The notes under the pieces: model-generated
What the model was told of the DNA's origin: nothing
Seen by the model: only the letters and a program-made list of their open reading frames with translations
The model's database searches: none
In this document: positions 10,388 to 20,078 of the stretch, piece after piece
How the letters are laid out: the number at the start of each line of letters is the position of its first letter
Numbering within the stretch: position 1 is the first letter of the stretch
Assembly: GCA_041490525.1 (NCBI GenBank)
Contig: JBGPTH010000015.1
Coordinates: forward strand, 3,867-67,866
DNA from: Nitrospiria bacterium
Lineage (GTDB): Bacteria; Nitrospirota; Nitrospiria; Nitrospirales; NS-4
Length of the DNA stretch: 64,000 bases
Direction: 5' to 3'
Position numbers and translations under genes: made by a program

Positions 10388-11188
10388 GTGGACGTGCATC
10401 CAGCGTGGGTAGCGGCCTGTCTGCTGTCGGCAGGTACTTCTATCGGCGTCGCAGCCGCCGCGGATCTGCCTCAGGAGATCACCGGAAAGGACGGCGCGCC
10501 GATGGTCCTGGTGCCGGCGGGGGAATTCTGGATGGGTCTGGCGGAGGGCGAAGGGCTGGACGACGAGCAGCCGCGCCACAAAGTCTATTTGGATTCGTAT
10601 TATATCGACAAGTTCGAGGTGACGACGGAACGCTACGCGAGGTTTTTGGAGTTCACGAGCTGGGAGAAGCCCTTCAACTGGTCCCTGGTCAGGCTTCCGG
10701 ACCATGCCGACCGTCCGGTGATCGGGGTCAGTTGGGGCGACGCCGACGCGTACTGCCGGATCAGCGGCTGGCGCCTCCCGACCGAGGCCGAGTGGGAAAA
10801 GGCGGCACGGGGCACGAACGAGCGCAAGTTTCCCTGGGGCGACACCAAGCCGGCTCCCTCACGCGCCTTCTACGGCCAGGGGTCCCGGTTCTCGTACGAT
10901 GTCCTCAAACCCGTCGGGAGCTTCCCGGCCGGGCAAGGTCCCTATGGAGCCTTTGACTTGGCCGGAAACGTCTCGGAGTGGGTCCAGGATTGGTACGACG
11001 GCGAGTACTACCGCGACACCCCCGAACGGAACCCCCCGGGACCCAAGAACGGGCAGTACAAGGTCGTGCGCGGAGGGTCCTGGTCCGACATGCCGGTCTA
11101 TCTGCTGTCCGCGAGTCGCACCACGAAGCTGCCGCCGGGCACCCGCAATGCCTTCATCGGCTTTCGCTGCGCGCAGTCGGCAAAGTAA
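10388..11188 (+). CDS. formylglycine-generating-enzyme (SUMF1/EgtB/PvdO) family protein
   Basis: 266 aa with a signal peptide and GEFWMG, RLPTEAEWEKAARG and RGGSW motifs. Confidence 0.85.
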   Translation: MDVHPAWVAACLLSAGTSIGVAAAADLPQEITGKDGAPMVLVPAGEFWMGLAEGEGLDDEQPRHKVYLDSYYIDKFEVTTERYARFLEFTSWEKPFNWSLVRLPDHADRPVIGVSWGDADAYCRISGWRLPTEAEWEKAARGTNERKFPWGDTKPAPSRAFYGQGSRFSYDVLKPVGSFPAGQGPYGAFDLAGNVSEWVQDWYDGEYYRDTPERNPPGPKNGQYKVVRGGSWSDMPVYLLSASRTTKLPPGTRNAFIGFRCAQSAK

Positions 11189-11313
11189 TCCCGATCGCGG
11201 GTCCTGTCGGCTTGGCATCCCGCCGTGCTCCGAGAAGCTGCGCGCGGCGGGAGCCCTGCACCCGCCGCCACCCCGCCGCCTTCGGCGACATCGGCGCCAC
11301 CCGCATGGAGGGA

Positions 11314-11739
11314 TCAACTCAACTGGACGGGGCCGCCGGCGCAGTCGCGGAATTCCCCGGAGTGGGAGGACTCCCCTAACTTCCAGAAGGTCGGCGTTAC
11401 CTCGAAGGGATGGCCCTTGCTGGTGAACAGCTTGGCCTTGTTGATCTGGACGTGGTCCTTGTCCAGGAACTTCACCTCCAGCACCACCTCTTCGTTCCCG
11501 CGCCGGATGACCTTGACCACCGAGGGCTCGGTGAGGACTTCGAATTCGCCGCGAATGTTCAACAGCAGGCTGCTCTCCGCGATCTTGGCCGCCAGTTCGC
11601 CCTTTGAATCGAAGAGGGTGCCCCTCAGCATCATCTCATTGTAGCGGCGGGTGAACTCGAACGAGAATTGTCCTAATCCGTCGATCTCGATGCTGTTCAT
11701 GGCGTTCCGATACTGATTGGAGCCGATGTCGAAGTCCAT
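11314..11739 (-). CDS. hypothetical protein (141 aa), third gene of an orphan operon
   Basis: Coding-like ORF that starts 3 nt after the stop of the 179-aa ORF. I recognise no motif. Confidence 0.55.
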   Translation of the reverse strand: MDFDIGSNQYRNAMNSIEIDGLGQFSFEFTRRYNEMMLRGTLFDSKGELAAKIAESSLLLNIRGEFEVLTEPSVVKVIRRGNEEVVLEVKFLDKDHVQINKAKLFTSKGHPFEVTPTFWKLGESSHSGEFRDCAGGPVQLS

Positions 11740-11742
11740 GCC

Positions 11743-12282
11743 TCATGCCCTTTCTTGGATGCCCTGCTGAGCGCTCATCGTTTTGATCGCCGCGGCCCGG
11801 ACCTCCGTGAAGATGACCTTGATCGTCTCGCGAAAGTTGTCGGCTGTCAGGGGATCCTCGATCGGCGTACCCAGGATCTGGATGGCGGCCGCTTCTCCAA
11901 GCAGTTTATAGGGGCCGGTTTTTTCCTCTCCCTCGATCGCCTGGGCGTAGAGCCGATAGCGCGCCGTCAGGTTTTTCTCGTGCGCCTCGGCGATGTCCTG
12001 CCCGGTCTGGTCCGCGATGTGGCGGAGGAAGGCGGTATGGAAGGCTTTAAGGATCGCGGTGGTCCGCCCCGGGTCACTGGTGGAGGAGGTCCCGCCCCCG
12101 GTCGTGATGGCGAACAGGATAAGGTAGGTCAGTTCCCACTCGGCGGCATTGAGCTGGGGCTGGTCGAATGTCTTGAGGTCTGCCGCCTTGCCGACGTGCT
12201 GCTCCAGCCAGTTCTGCTCGACAATCCCGAAGGCCAGGTCGGACAGCTCGCGGCCGACCTCCTCCGGAGACGACGAAGGCAT
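11743..12282 (-). CDS. hypothetical protein (179 aa, predicted helical)
   Basis: Starts 3 nt after the stop of the 67-aa ORF. No recognisable motif. Confidence 0.55.
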   Translation of the reverse strand: MPSSSPEEVGRELSDLAFGIVEQNWLEQHVGKAADLKTFDQPQLNAAEWELTYLILFAITTGGGTSSTSDPGRTTAILKAFHTAFLRHIADQTGQDIAEAHEKNLTARYRLYAQAIEGEEKTGPYKLLGEAAAIQILGTPIEDPLTADNFRETIKVIFTEVRAAAIKTMSAQQGIQERA

Positions 12283-12285
12283 GCC

Positions 12286-12489
12286 TCAAAATTCCTCGAT
12301 CTTCCCAAGCCGGCAGTGATCCATCCGGATGAGATGAAAGTGACCCTGATCGTCGGCGACGAGGAGCCCGGGAAGATTCCCGGTGCCTTGATAGAGGACT
12401 TCCAGGACGGGGTAGGTGGCTTCATGGGTGAACGCCGGATGGGGCTGGCCGTTGCCTTCGGTGATGTCGGTGATCTTGAAACGCCTCAT
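12286..12489 (-). CDS. hypothetical small protein (67 aa)
   Basis: First ORF of the tightly spaced trio. GAGGAGG lies upstream on the minus strand (12492-12498). Confidence 0.5.
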   Translation of the reverse strand: MRRFKITDITEGNGQPHPAFTHEATYPVLEVLYQGTGNLPGLLVADDQGHFHLIRMDHCRLGKIEEF

Positions 12490-12696
12490 GCCGCTGCCTC
12501 CTCAAGGTAAAATTGAAGTATACCACGGACCTTCTCCTAATCAAGCGGCCCGACGGTCTGTCCACCGCTCAGCGCGTCCGCTGCCGGCAACTCCCCGCAG
12601 GGGTTTGACGCCCCTCGGGAAACCTGCTATCAAGCGGGGAGCGCTCTCTTTTAACATATCGGATGATTCCTGCGTGAGCACAAGCCGGCGAGGGCG

Positions 12697-13935
12697 CTAT
12701 TTTGTCGTCGGAGCAAGGTGCCATTTCGAATACCGGGTTAGCAACAGAAGGCCGGGAGCCATCGCGAGTACGCTGAGGAGAAAGTATTGCTCCCATCCCA
12801 ACGCTTTGGCGAGATACCCGGTCGGCGCCCCCCCCAGGACTCGACTCAATCCCATGACACTTGTGAGAAGCGCATACTGCGTGGCGGTAAATCGTTTATC
12901 GCAGATGCTCATCATGAAAGCGGTGAACGCGGCGGTCCCCATCCCGCTGCAGAAGTTTTCGATGGCGATCGCGGCAACCATCATGGGATAGTGATGCCCA
13001 AGATGCGCCAGCAGCATGAAAGAAAGCCCGGAGATCCCCTGGCTCAGCCCAAACGCCCAAAGAGAGCGCTGCATCCCGAGGCGCACCATCAGTGCCCCAC
13101 CAGCCAGAGTTCCCGTTAAGGTTGCGACAAGGCCAAAGCCCTTCGTGACGGCACCGATGTCGGTTTTCGTGAACCCCATTTCCAACAAAAATGGGGTGGT
13201 CATGGCCATCGCGATCACGACATCGATTTTATAGAGGATGATGAAGAGGAGAACCTCAAACGCTCCTTGTCGTTTGAAGTACTCGAGAAAAGGAAGAACC
13301 ACTGCGTCAGCGATCGTTTGGGGGGGCTTGCCGGCCTCCTTGGGTTCAGGAGCAAACACAGATGCAACCACTCCTATCCCCATAGCCGCGGCCATCAGCA
13401 GATACACTTCTCGCCAAGACAAATAATCCGATAAGATCAGAGCCAGCGCACCCGAAACCAACATAGCAATCCGGTATCCCGCAATATAAAGCGCAGCAGC
13501 AGGCCCCATTTCCTCCTTCTCGACCAGGTCTGTCCGGTATGCGTCCACGACGATGTCTTGACTCGCGCTAAAAAACGCAATCAGCACCGCAATCACCGCT
13601 GTTGCCACTGGGAATCGGACGGGGCTGGTAAAGGCCATCGCGGCAATCGACACCACGAGCGCGAGTTGGAAGACTAACATCCATCCTCGACGACGGCCTA
13701 AAAATGGGGGGATGAAGCGATCCATGGCAGGGGCCCAGATAAATTTCAATCCGTAAGGCAGGCCGACCAGCGAGAACAATCCGATGACTGTCAAATCGAT
13801 GTTCTCAGACTTCATCCAAGCTTGGAGAGTCGTAGCCGTCAATGCGAGAGGGAGACCGGACGAAAATCCCAACAAAAGGACGACCGCCATCCGCCAGCTT
13901 GTAAAGGCGCGAAGAATTACTCCCATGGACTCCAC
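12697..13935 (-). CDS. ampG: MFS transporter, AmpG (muropeptide permease) family
   Basis: 412 aa with about 12 TM helices. The N-terminus FSSGLPLALTATTLQAWM...GLPYGLKFIWAPAMDRF is typical of AmpG. Confidence 0.82.
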   Translation of the reverse strand: MESMGVILRAFTSWRMAVVLLLGFSSGLPLALTATTLQAWMKSENIDLTVIGLFSLVGLPYGLKFIWAPAMDRFIPPFLGRRRGWMLVFQLALVVSIAAMAFTSPVRFPVATAVIAVLIAFFSASQDIVVDAYRTDLVEKEEMGPAAALYIAGYRIAMLVSGALALILSDYLSWREVYLLMAAAMGIGVVASVFAPEPKEAGKPPQTIADAVVLPFLEYFKRQGAFEVLLFIILYKIDVVIAMAMTTPFLLEMGFTKTDIGAVTKGFGLVATLTGTLAGGALMVRLGMQRSLWAFGLSQGISGLSFMLLAHLGHHYPMMVAAIAIENFCSGMGTAAFTAFMMSICDKRFTATQYALLTSVMGLSRVLGGAPTGYLAKALGWEQYFLLSVLAMAPGLLLLTRYSKWHLAPTTK

Positions 13936-14001
13936 GCTAGCACAATGCGCTCAGGCACGGAACACCCTGTTCTTTTTTTATGTAGCCCGCGTTTCTGCAA
14001 T

Positions 14002-14036
14002 AAAAAAAGGGCCGACCCCCGTTGGGGATCGGCCCC
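14002..14036 (-). terminator. intrinsic terminator downstream of the 14058-14393 gene
   Basis: GGGCCGACCCC / GGGGATCGGCCC form an 11-bp stem with one bulge and a CGTT loop (14009-14035). A 7-nt A-run follows on the plus strand (14002-14008), which is a U-run on the minus transcript. Confidence 0.6.
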
Positions 14037-14057
14037 TCACATTGAAAACGGGTCCCG

Positions 14058-14393
14058 TTATTTCGGCGCGGCGTTGACCTTGGTGGCGTCTTTGATCATG
14101 TTTTCCTTCACGCCCCGCTCCGGATAGCCGGGATGGGTCGTCTCGCGCGGATCGCCGGTGTTGGCGAGACCGGCCCGCGTGTTTTCCTCCGCTTCCTTCA
14201 CTTGATCTTTGTTGGCCTTCGGGGCATCTTCCGCGGCCTTCAACGATGCCGCCTCACCCGTGGCCGTGGTGGCTTTGCCCGTCTCGTCGGGGTAGCCTTC
14301 GTGTTTCTTCATCAAGGCCGGGTTGGCGAAGGCCGAAGAGGCCATGAACAGGAATCCGGTCACCATTGCGATCCCCAATAAAGCGTGTCTCAT
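14058..14393 (-). CDS. small secreted protein, unknown function
   Basis: 111 aa with a signal peptide (MRHALLGIAMVTGFLFMASSAFA) and a repeated H-x-GYP-D/E motif. AAGGAGGG SD upstream. Confidence 0.6.
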   Translation of the reverse strand: MRHALLGIAMVTGFLFMASSAFANPALMKKHEGYPDETGKATTATGEAASLKAAEDAPKANKDQVKEAEENTRAGLANTGDPRETTHPGYPERGVKENMIKDATKVNAAPK

Positions 14394-14507
14394 AAGAACC
14401 CTCCTTACTTAAATTGGAATGACGTTCTTTTGAATGACCCCCTCGATGGCCGAAAAAGACGGATGGACCATATCTGATTCCCTCCTCGCCTGTCAAGGGG
14501 CCGCCCC

Positions 14508-16325
14508 CTAGCGCCGGTGGGGGCGCCGACGGCCCCGGCCGCGAGGGCGTGCGGGGGCGTGCGCCGGGAGACGGATGACCACGGCCGTGCCCTGGCCCGG
14601 TCCGCTGGCGATCGAGATCTGCCCGTGGTGCTCCTCGATGATTTTCTTCACGGAGGAGAGCCCCAGCCCCGTGCCGACCTCTTTGGTCGTGAACCCGGGC
14701 TCAAAAATCTTGCCGATGTGCTCGGTGGGAATGGGGGCGCCGTCGTTCTTGACCGTGATGGCGACCTCGTGGCGGCCTCGGGATCCTTTATGGGGAACGG
14801 CCTCAAGAGCGATGTGCCCCCCCGGCACCATCGCTTCCAGGGCATTCTTGAGGATGCTGAGGAATACCTGTTGGAGCTTGCCCTCATCCGCCCTGACGGC
14901 CGGAAGGCCCTCGGAGAACTGCCGCGTGACGGTGATGCGGTTTCGTTCCAGCTCGCCCGTGATGACTTCGACGGCGCTCTCGAGGACATCCGTGATCCGG
15001 ATCACGCGGGGATGCAGTTCCAGCGGCTTGGCGACGTCGAGGACCTCGTTGAGGATGGCCTCGATCCTGGTCAGGTCGCGGTAGGCCTTCTCGATGCGCT
15101 GCAGCGTGCCCACGGTGACCGTTTTGCCGCCGCCGGCTTCTTCCGTCACCTCTTCCATTTCCAGACGGATTTTCGTCAGCGGTCGCTGGATCTCCTGCTC
15201 CAGAAAGCCCGTGAGCTCGCGGATCGCCGCTTGCCGTTCATGGCGGAGCAGGAGCTCGCGGGATTCGAGCGTGTCCTGCGGACCCGCCAAAAACTCCGTG
15301 GGGGAAGGTCGTTCCAGGTGCCCCGGGGGACCGCCCGATTCTCCGGCCGGGGGCTGGGCAGGCCTGGGGCTCATTGTCGGAAGGAGGGCGGCCAGCCGCC
15401 CCAGCAAGGCGGAGGAGGCCCGCGCCATGTCAGGGTTGTACAGGTCCGGCGTGCGCGACGACAGGGCGATCGTCCCGATGAAATCCTGGCCCCTCCTCAA
15501 GGGAAGCACCAGCGCGGTCTTGAATTTGTCCTTGTACAGTTCCTTATAGTCCAGGAACCGTCCCTGGGTGGAGGCCAGGTCGCGGTCCAACCTCGGCTTC
15601 TTGTGCCGGATGACCCACCCGGCTGCCGAGCCATCGAGGGTTAAGGTCTGTCCCTGTCTCCAGTCGATATGGCCGGGGGTGTGGGACAAGACGGCGTCCA
15701 GGGTCTTCGTCCCCTCCTCGTAGCGCGTCACAAGGGCGCGGTCGTAAGGGATCAAGGCCCGGATTTCGGCCATGAGCGATTCAATGACCAGATCCTCGGT
15801 CCCGATGACGGGGGCCAGGGCCGGTTCGGCAAGCGCGGGCACGCGACCCTCACGGGCACGGCCGCTGTCTCGCATTTTGGCGGCCGGCAACACCGGCGCC
15901 GGTGGAAGGCCCGGTGCAGGGAAGAGGCCGGATTTGGCGAGCGCCGCCTCGAGCTCGCCGGCGGTGTCCTCCACCCGTCGCCGATCCTTTTCGGAAAAAG
16001 CCGCCCGCTCCTTGCGTCCGATCACGAGCGCGCCGTAGACCCGCCGTTGGCACCGCAGGGGGACACCGATCAGGGAACGATGGGCGGGCGCGGTCATCCG
16101 GATGCGGAACGGTTTCTGCCCGTTGGCGGCCCTTGCCTCGAACCCCGCCTCCGGGTGCGAGATGGCACGAATGAGGGCCTGGATCTCGCGGGGGGCCAGG
16201 CCGCGGTGCGCCTGAGATTGAAACGGCCCGTAACCGTCTTCCTTCAGGGCGATCAGAGCCGTTTCGGCGTCGAGTTCGTTGAGGGACGTGTTAAAGGTCT
16301 TCAGGAGATGTGGTGGTATCTGCAC
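14508..16325 (-). CDS. cytoplasmic GAF-domain histidine-kinase-like protein with a degenerate H-box
   Basis: 605 aa, no TM. The HATPase_c boxes are present: N (LSILKNALEAM), G1 (VKNDGAPIP) and G2 (GTGLGLS). The H-box position reads LEQEIQRPL, with Gln in place of His. Confidence 0.8.
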   Translation of the reverse strand: MQIPPHLLKTFNTSLNELDAETALIALKEDGYGPFQSQAHRGLAPREIQALIRAISHPEAGFEARAANGQKPFRIRMTAPAHRSLIGVPLRCQRRVYGALVIGRKERAAFSEKDRRRVEDTAGELEAALAKSGLFPAPGLPPAPVLPAAKMRDSGRAREGRVPALAEPALAPVIGTEDLVIESLMAEIRALIPYDRALVTRYEEGTKTLDAVLSHTPGHIDWRQGQTLTLDGSAAGWVIRHKKPRLDRDLASTQGRFLDYKELYKDKFKTALVLPLRRGQDFIGTIALSSRTPDLYNPDMARASSALLGRLAALLPTMSPRPAQPPAGESGGPPGHLERPSPTEFLAGPQDTLESRELLLRHERQAAIRELTGFLEQEIQRPLTKIRLEMEEVTEEAGGGKTVTVGTLQRIEKAYRDLTRIEAILNEVLDVAKPLELHPRVIRITDVLESAVEVITGELERNRITVTRQFSEGLPAVRADEGKLQQVFLSILKNALEAMVPGGHIALEAVPHKGSRGRHEVAITVKNDGAPIPTEHIGKIFEPGFTTKEVGTGLGLSSVKKIIEEHHGQISIASGPGQGTAVVIRLPAHAPARPRGRGRRRPHRR

Positions 16326-16510
16326 GGTCGGTCGGTCCTCCGGAGGGTTGTCTTACGCGAGACATTGTAGCAACGCTTGGCGGCGCGATCAATCGGGATG
16401 ATTCGAATTCCCGGCCGCCCCATTCTTTCTTGCACGCTTCCTGGAAAATGTAGGATACTGGGGCGCCGGCCTTGCTCAAAGCGTGAGACTCCACCGCGAG
16501 GATTCGTTCA

Positions 16511-16879
16511 ATGAGGGCGCACTGCATTGGAATCGGGGTCATGACCGGACTGGCGGCATGGATGCTCTGGTCCGGGCCCGCGATCGGCCAGCGATCCAAA
16601 CTCGATCGTCCTAACCTGGATGAAGGAGCCCGGATCTTCAAGCAGAACTGCCTCAATTGCCATGGGCCCGCCGGCAAGGGGGACGGCATCGTCGCGGCCC
16701 AGCTCGATCCCAAGCCGGCGGATCTGACGTCGGCCAAGACCCAACAGAAAGCGGACTCCGATCTGCTCGAGGTCCTCAAGTTCGGTCGGCCGGGCACGGC
16801 CATGCCGGGCTGGATGAGCGAAATCAACGAACGCGAGATGCGGGACATGCTGGCCTATATCCGATCGCTGGCGCCTTAA
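16511..16879 (+). CDS. class-I c-type cytochrome
   Basis: 122 aa with a signal sequence, one CLNCH haem motif and a distal Met region (GTAMPGW). Confidence 0.85.
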   Translation: MRAHCIGIGVMTGLAAWMLWSGPAIGQRSKLDRPNLDEGARIFKQNCLNCHGPAGKGDGIVAAQLDPKPADLTSAKTQQKADSDLLEVLKFGRPGTAMPGWMSEINEREMRDMLAYIRSLAP

Positions 16880-16925
16880 CGGTCACCATGGACCTTGGCC
16901 CCTCCAACCCGGTGGACGAACGGAC

Positions 16926-18923
16926 GTGAGCGACGTCATCGACTTCGGCCGGGGCATCGCCGGCGATCTGCAGAACGCGGAGAGCCGCGAATGGCTGGTC
17001 ACCAACGGCATCGGCGGGTACGCCTCCGGGACGGTCGCCGGCCTGCTCACCCGGTGCTACCACGGCCTGCTCGTGGCCGCGCTGAAGCCGCCGCTGGGGC
17101 GCACCCTCCTGGTCGCCAAACTGGATGAGACGGCCGAGTACGCCGGCCGCATCTATTCCTTGTTCACCAATCGCTGGGCGGGCGGGGCGATCAATCCCGA
17201 GGGGTATCGCTACATCGAACGGTTCCGGCTCGAGGGCGCCATCCCGGTCTGGACCTTTGCCCTCGCCGATGTGCTGCTTGAGAAGCGCATCTGGATGGAG
17301 CCGGGGGCCAATACCACCTACGTGCGCTATGAGCTGGTTCGCGGGTCCGGTCCCGTGAGCCTGGTCCTCAAGGCGCTGGTCAACTATCGCGACCACCATG
17401 GGTGCACCCGGGCCGACGGCTGGCAGATGCGGGTGGAGCCTGCGGAGGACGGGTTCACCGTGACGGCGTACGAGGGCGCCGTGCCCTTCCGTGTTCTGTC
17501 GGAGCGGGGGCGGGTCGACGTGACGCACGCATGGTATCGCGGCTTCGACCGCGCCGCTGAACGGGCTCGGGGTCTGGAGGACCGCGAAGACCATCTTTGG
17601 GCCGGCACGATCCAGGCGACGCTCGAAGCCAGAAAGCCGCTCACGGTCCTCATGAGCGCCGGACCGGACCTTCCGCCCGATCGGGCCGGGGCTCTCCAGC
17701 GCCGGCAGCGTCACGAGCGCGCGCTCCTTACGGCCTTTGCCAAGGCCCAGCCGGTGCTCTCGAAGAACCGGCCGCCGTGGGTGCCCCAGGTCCTCTACGC
17801 CGCCGACCAGTTCATCGTGGCCCGGCCCTCGCCGGCGGACCCGAAGGGGCTGTCGGTCATCGCCGGGTACCATTGGTTCGGGGATTGGGGGCGCGACACG
17901 ATGATCGCCCTTCCTGGGCTGACGCTCACGACCGGGCGTCCCGCCATCGCGCGCGGCATCTTGAGGACCTTTGCCCGTCATTGTGTGGAACACGGGATGG
18001 TGCCCAACCGGTTTCCCGACGTCGGCGAGACACCCGAGTACAATACCGTGGACGCGACGCTCTGGTACGTCGAAGCGATCCGCGCCTACCATGCCGCGAC
18101 GGGCGACGAGAAGCTCGTCCGGGACCTTTTCCCCGTGCTGACCCAGATCGTGGACTGGCACCGGCGGGGGACGCGGTTTGGCATCCGCCTGGATCACGCC
18201 GACGGGCTGCTGCTCGCCGGCGAGGAGGGCGTCCAGCTTACGTGGATGGACGCCAAGGTGGGCAGCTGGGTCGTCACGCCGCGCATCGGCAAACCGGTGG
18301 AGGTCAATGCGCTCTGGTACAACGCGCTCCTGACGGTGGCGCGCTTCGCCCGGATCGTGAAGAAGCCCGCCGGGGAATACGAGGACCTGGCGAAGCGGGC
18401 GGCCGCCGGCTTCGCCCGGTTCTGGAATCCCGCCGTGGGATATTGTTATGACGTGCTGGACGGCCCGGACGGGGACGACCCCTCGCTCCGGCCCAATCAG
18501 ATCTTCGCCGTCTCCCTGCCGGAGAGCCCGCTGGAGCCGGACCAACGGAAGGCCCTCGTGGACGTCTGCGCGCGCACGCTCGTGACCTCGCACGGCCTCC
18601 GGAGCCTGTCTCCCGACGATCGGCGGTATGCAGGCCGGTACGAAGGCGACCAGCGGAGCCGGGACGGGGCCTATCACCAGGGCACGGTCTGGGGCTGGCT
18701 GCTGGGGCCGTTCGTCACCGCCCATCTCAAGGTCTACCGCGACCCGGTCCTGGCGCTCTCGTTCCTGGAGCCGATGGTCCGGCATCTGGAGTCCTCCGGG
18801 CTCGGGACCCTCAGCGAGATTTTCGACGGGGACCCGCCGTTCGCTCCGCGCGGCTGCATCGCCCAGGCCTGGACCGTGGCCGAGGTCCTCCGCGCGTGGG
18901 CGGAAGCCGCGAGGGCCCGCTAG
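16926..18923 (+). CDS. glycogen-debranching-enzyme family protein (amylo-alpha-1,6-glucosidase type)
   Basis: 665 aa, GTG start. An N-terminal GDE_N-like region is followed by an (alpha/alpha)6-barrel region (GYHWFGDWGRDTMI, LTWMDAKV). Confidence 0.82.
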   Translation: MSDVIDFGRGIAGDLQNAESREWLVTNGIGGYASGTVAGLLTRCYHGLLVAALKPPLGRTLLVAKLDETAEYAGRIYSLFTNRWAGGAINPEGYRYIERFRLEGAIPVWTFALADVLLEKRIWMEPGANTTYVRYELVRGSGPVSLVLKALVNYRDHHGCTRADGWQMRVEPAEDGFTVTAYEGAVPFRVLSERGRVDVTHAWYRGFDRAAERARGLEDREDHLWAGTIQATLEARKPLTVLMSAGPDLPPDRAGALQRRQRHERALLTAFAKAQPVLSKNRPPWVPQVLYAADQFIVARPSPADPKGLSVIAGYHWFGDWGRDTMIALPGLTLTTGRPAIARGILRTFARHCVEHGMVPNRFPDVGETPEYNTVDATLWYVEAIRAYHAATGDEKLVRDLFPVLTQIVDWHRRGTRFGIRLDHADGLLLAGEEGVQLTWMDAKVGSWVVTPRIGKPVEVNALWYNALLTVARFARIVKKPAGEYEDLAKRAAAGFARFWNPAVGYCYDVLDGPDGDDPSLRPNQIFAVSLPESPLEPDQRKALVDVCARTLVTSHGLRSLSPDDRRYAGRYEGDQRSRDGAYHQGTVWGWLLGPFVTAHLKVYRDPVLALSFLEPMVRHLESSGLGTLSEIFDGDPPFAPRGCIAQAWTVAEVLRAWAEAARAR

Positions 18924-18927
18924 CGGT

Positions 18928-19623
18928 ATGGATCAGGACGCGCTCAAAAAGATGGCGGCCGAAGCGGCCGTCGAGTTCGTCCAAGACGGACAGGTGGTGG
19001 GGTTGGGGACCGGCTCGACCTTTCGCTACGTGATTCCCAAACTGGCCGAGCGGGTCAAGGAAGGGCTTCGCATCCGGGGGGTGGCTACCTCGCTGATCAC
19101 CGCGCGCCTGGCGATGGATGCAGGGATCCCGCTGCTGGCCGACGACGCGGAGTGGGACATCGACGTGGCGCTGGACGGGGCGGACCAGGTGGATCCCCAA
19201 TTGGCCCTCATCAAGGGCGGCGGCGGCGCGCTCCTGAAGGAAAAAATCGTGGCGGCGGCATCCCGCCGGTTCGTGGTGGTCGTGGACGAGACCAAGCGGG
19301 TGCCGGTGCTTGGGGGGCCGGTGGTCCCGGTGCCCGTGGAAGTCATTCCCTTCGGCTGGCGGACCCTGGCGAAACGGCTGGAGAGATTCGGCTGCCGGGT
19401 CACCCCGCGGATGAAGGACGGAGCGCACTTCCTCACGGAAGCGGGCCACTACATCCTCGACCTGTGGTTTCCGACGATCGAGGCTCCCGCGCGGCTCGAA
19501 GGTGAGCTGGAGCAGACTCCCGGGGTGGTGTGCGCGGGTCTCTTCGTCGGCCGGGCCGACCTCGTCCTGGTCGCCACGCGGAAGGGCCTCGTGACGCTCC
19601 ACCGCTCCCTCGCCCGTCCGTGA
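18928..19623 (+). CDS. rpiA: ribose-5-phosphate isomerase A
   Basis: 231 aa from ATG 18928, with GLGTGSTF, DGADQVD and LIKGGGGALLKEK. The track ORF 18628.. over-extends into the preceding gene. Confidence 0.92.
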   Translation: MDQDALKKMAAEAAVEFVQDGQVVGLGTGSTFRYVIPKLAERVKEGLRIRGVATSLITARLAMDAGIPLLADDAEWDIDVALDGADQVDPQLALIKGGGGALLKEKIVAAASRRFVVVVDETKRVPVLGGPVVPVPVEVIPFGWRTLAKRLERFGCRVTPRMKDGAHFLTEAGHYILDLWFPTIEAPARLEGELEQTPGVVCAGLFVGRADLVLVATRKGLVTLHRSLARP

Positions 19624-20066
19624 AGGTCCGCCGACTCACTCCCCACGCGAAGCTTCCGGTCAAGGCCTCGGAGGGCGCGGCGGGTTTTGATCTATTCGCG
19701 AGCGAGCGGACGGTGGTCCCGGCCTCGATGGCGCGGGACGGGCGCGCCGACATTGGGCACGCCCTGGTGCCGACCGGGATCGCCCTCAGCCTGCCGGCGG
19801 GTCATGTGGGGCGGATCGGGTCGCGGTCCGGCCTCTCCACGCTCAAGAACCTCGAGGTCGGCGCGGGCTGGATCGATGCGGATTACCGGGGGGAGGTCAA
19901 GGTTGAGCTGAAGAACTTCTCGGGCGAGGACTTCGTCGTGGAGGCCGGCGCGCGGATCGCCCAGTTGCTCATTCTGCCGGTCGCCTCGCCCGAGATGGAA
20001 GAGACCGACAGCCTGCCGCCGTCCCCCCGCGGTGCCGGCGGCTTCGGCTCCACCGGAATGCAGTGA
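19620..20066 (+). CDS. dut: dUTP diphosphatase
   Basis: 148 aa from GTG 19620 (GTGA overlap with the rpiA stop). Motifs AGFDL, GRIGSRSGL, IDADYRGEV and GFGSTG. Confidence 0.92.
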   Translation: MKVRRLTPHAKLPVKASEGAAGFDLFASERTVVPASMARDGRADIGHALVPTGIALSLPAGHVGRIGSRSGLSTLKNLEVGAGWIDADYRGEVKVELKNFSGEDFVVEAGARIAQLLILPVASPEMEETDSLPPSPRGAGGFGSTGMQ

Positions 20067-20078
20067 TGGGGAAGATCC

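Noticed and set aside
16824-18785. 653-aa ORF antisense to the glycogen-debranching-type gene
   Set aside because: This is a typical high-GC shadow ORF: Arg/Pro/Gly/His-rich with no motifs. The opposite strand encodes a clearly recognisable protein.
18628-18927. Upstream extensions of track ORFs. Examples: 18628 for rpiA, 19530 for dut, 35074 for the ppd beta subunit, 36964 for the cytidylyltransferase, 38817 for Rieske, 40403 for the flippase-like gene, 47298 for hpnK and 52345 for the pentapeptide gene.
   Set aside because: Each extension overlaps the preceding gene in another frame and is Arg/Pro/Gly-rich. Family-typical N-termini begin at internal ATG/GTG codons that overlap or abut the upstream stop.
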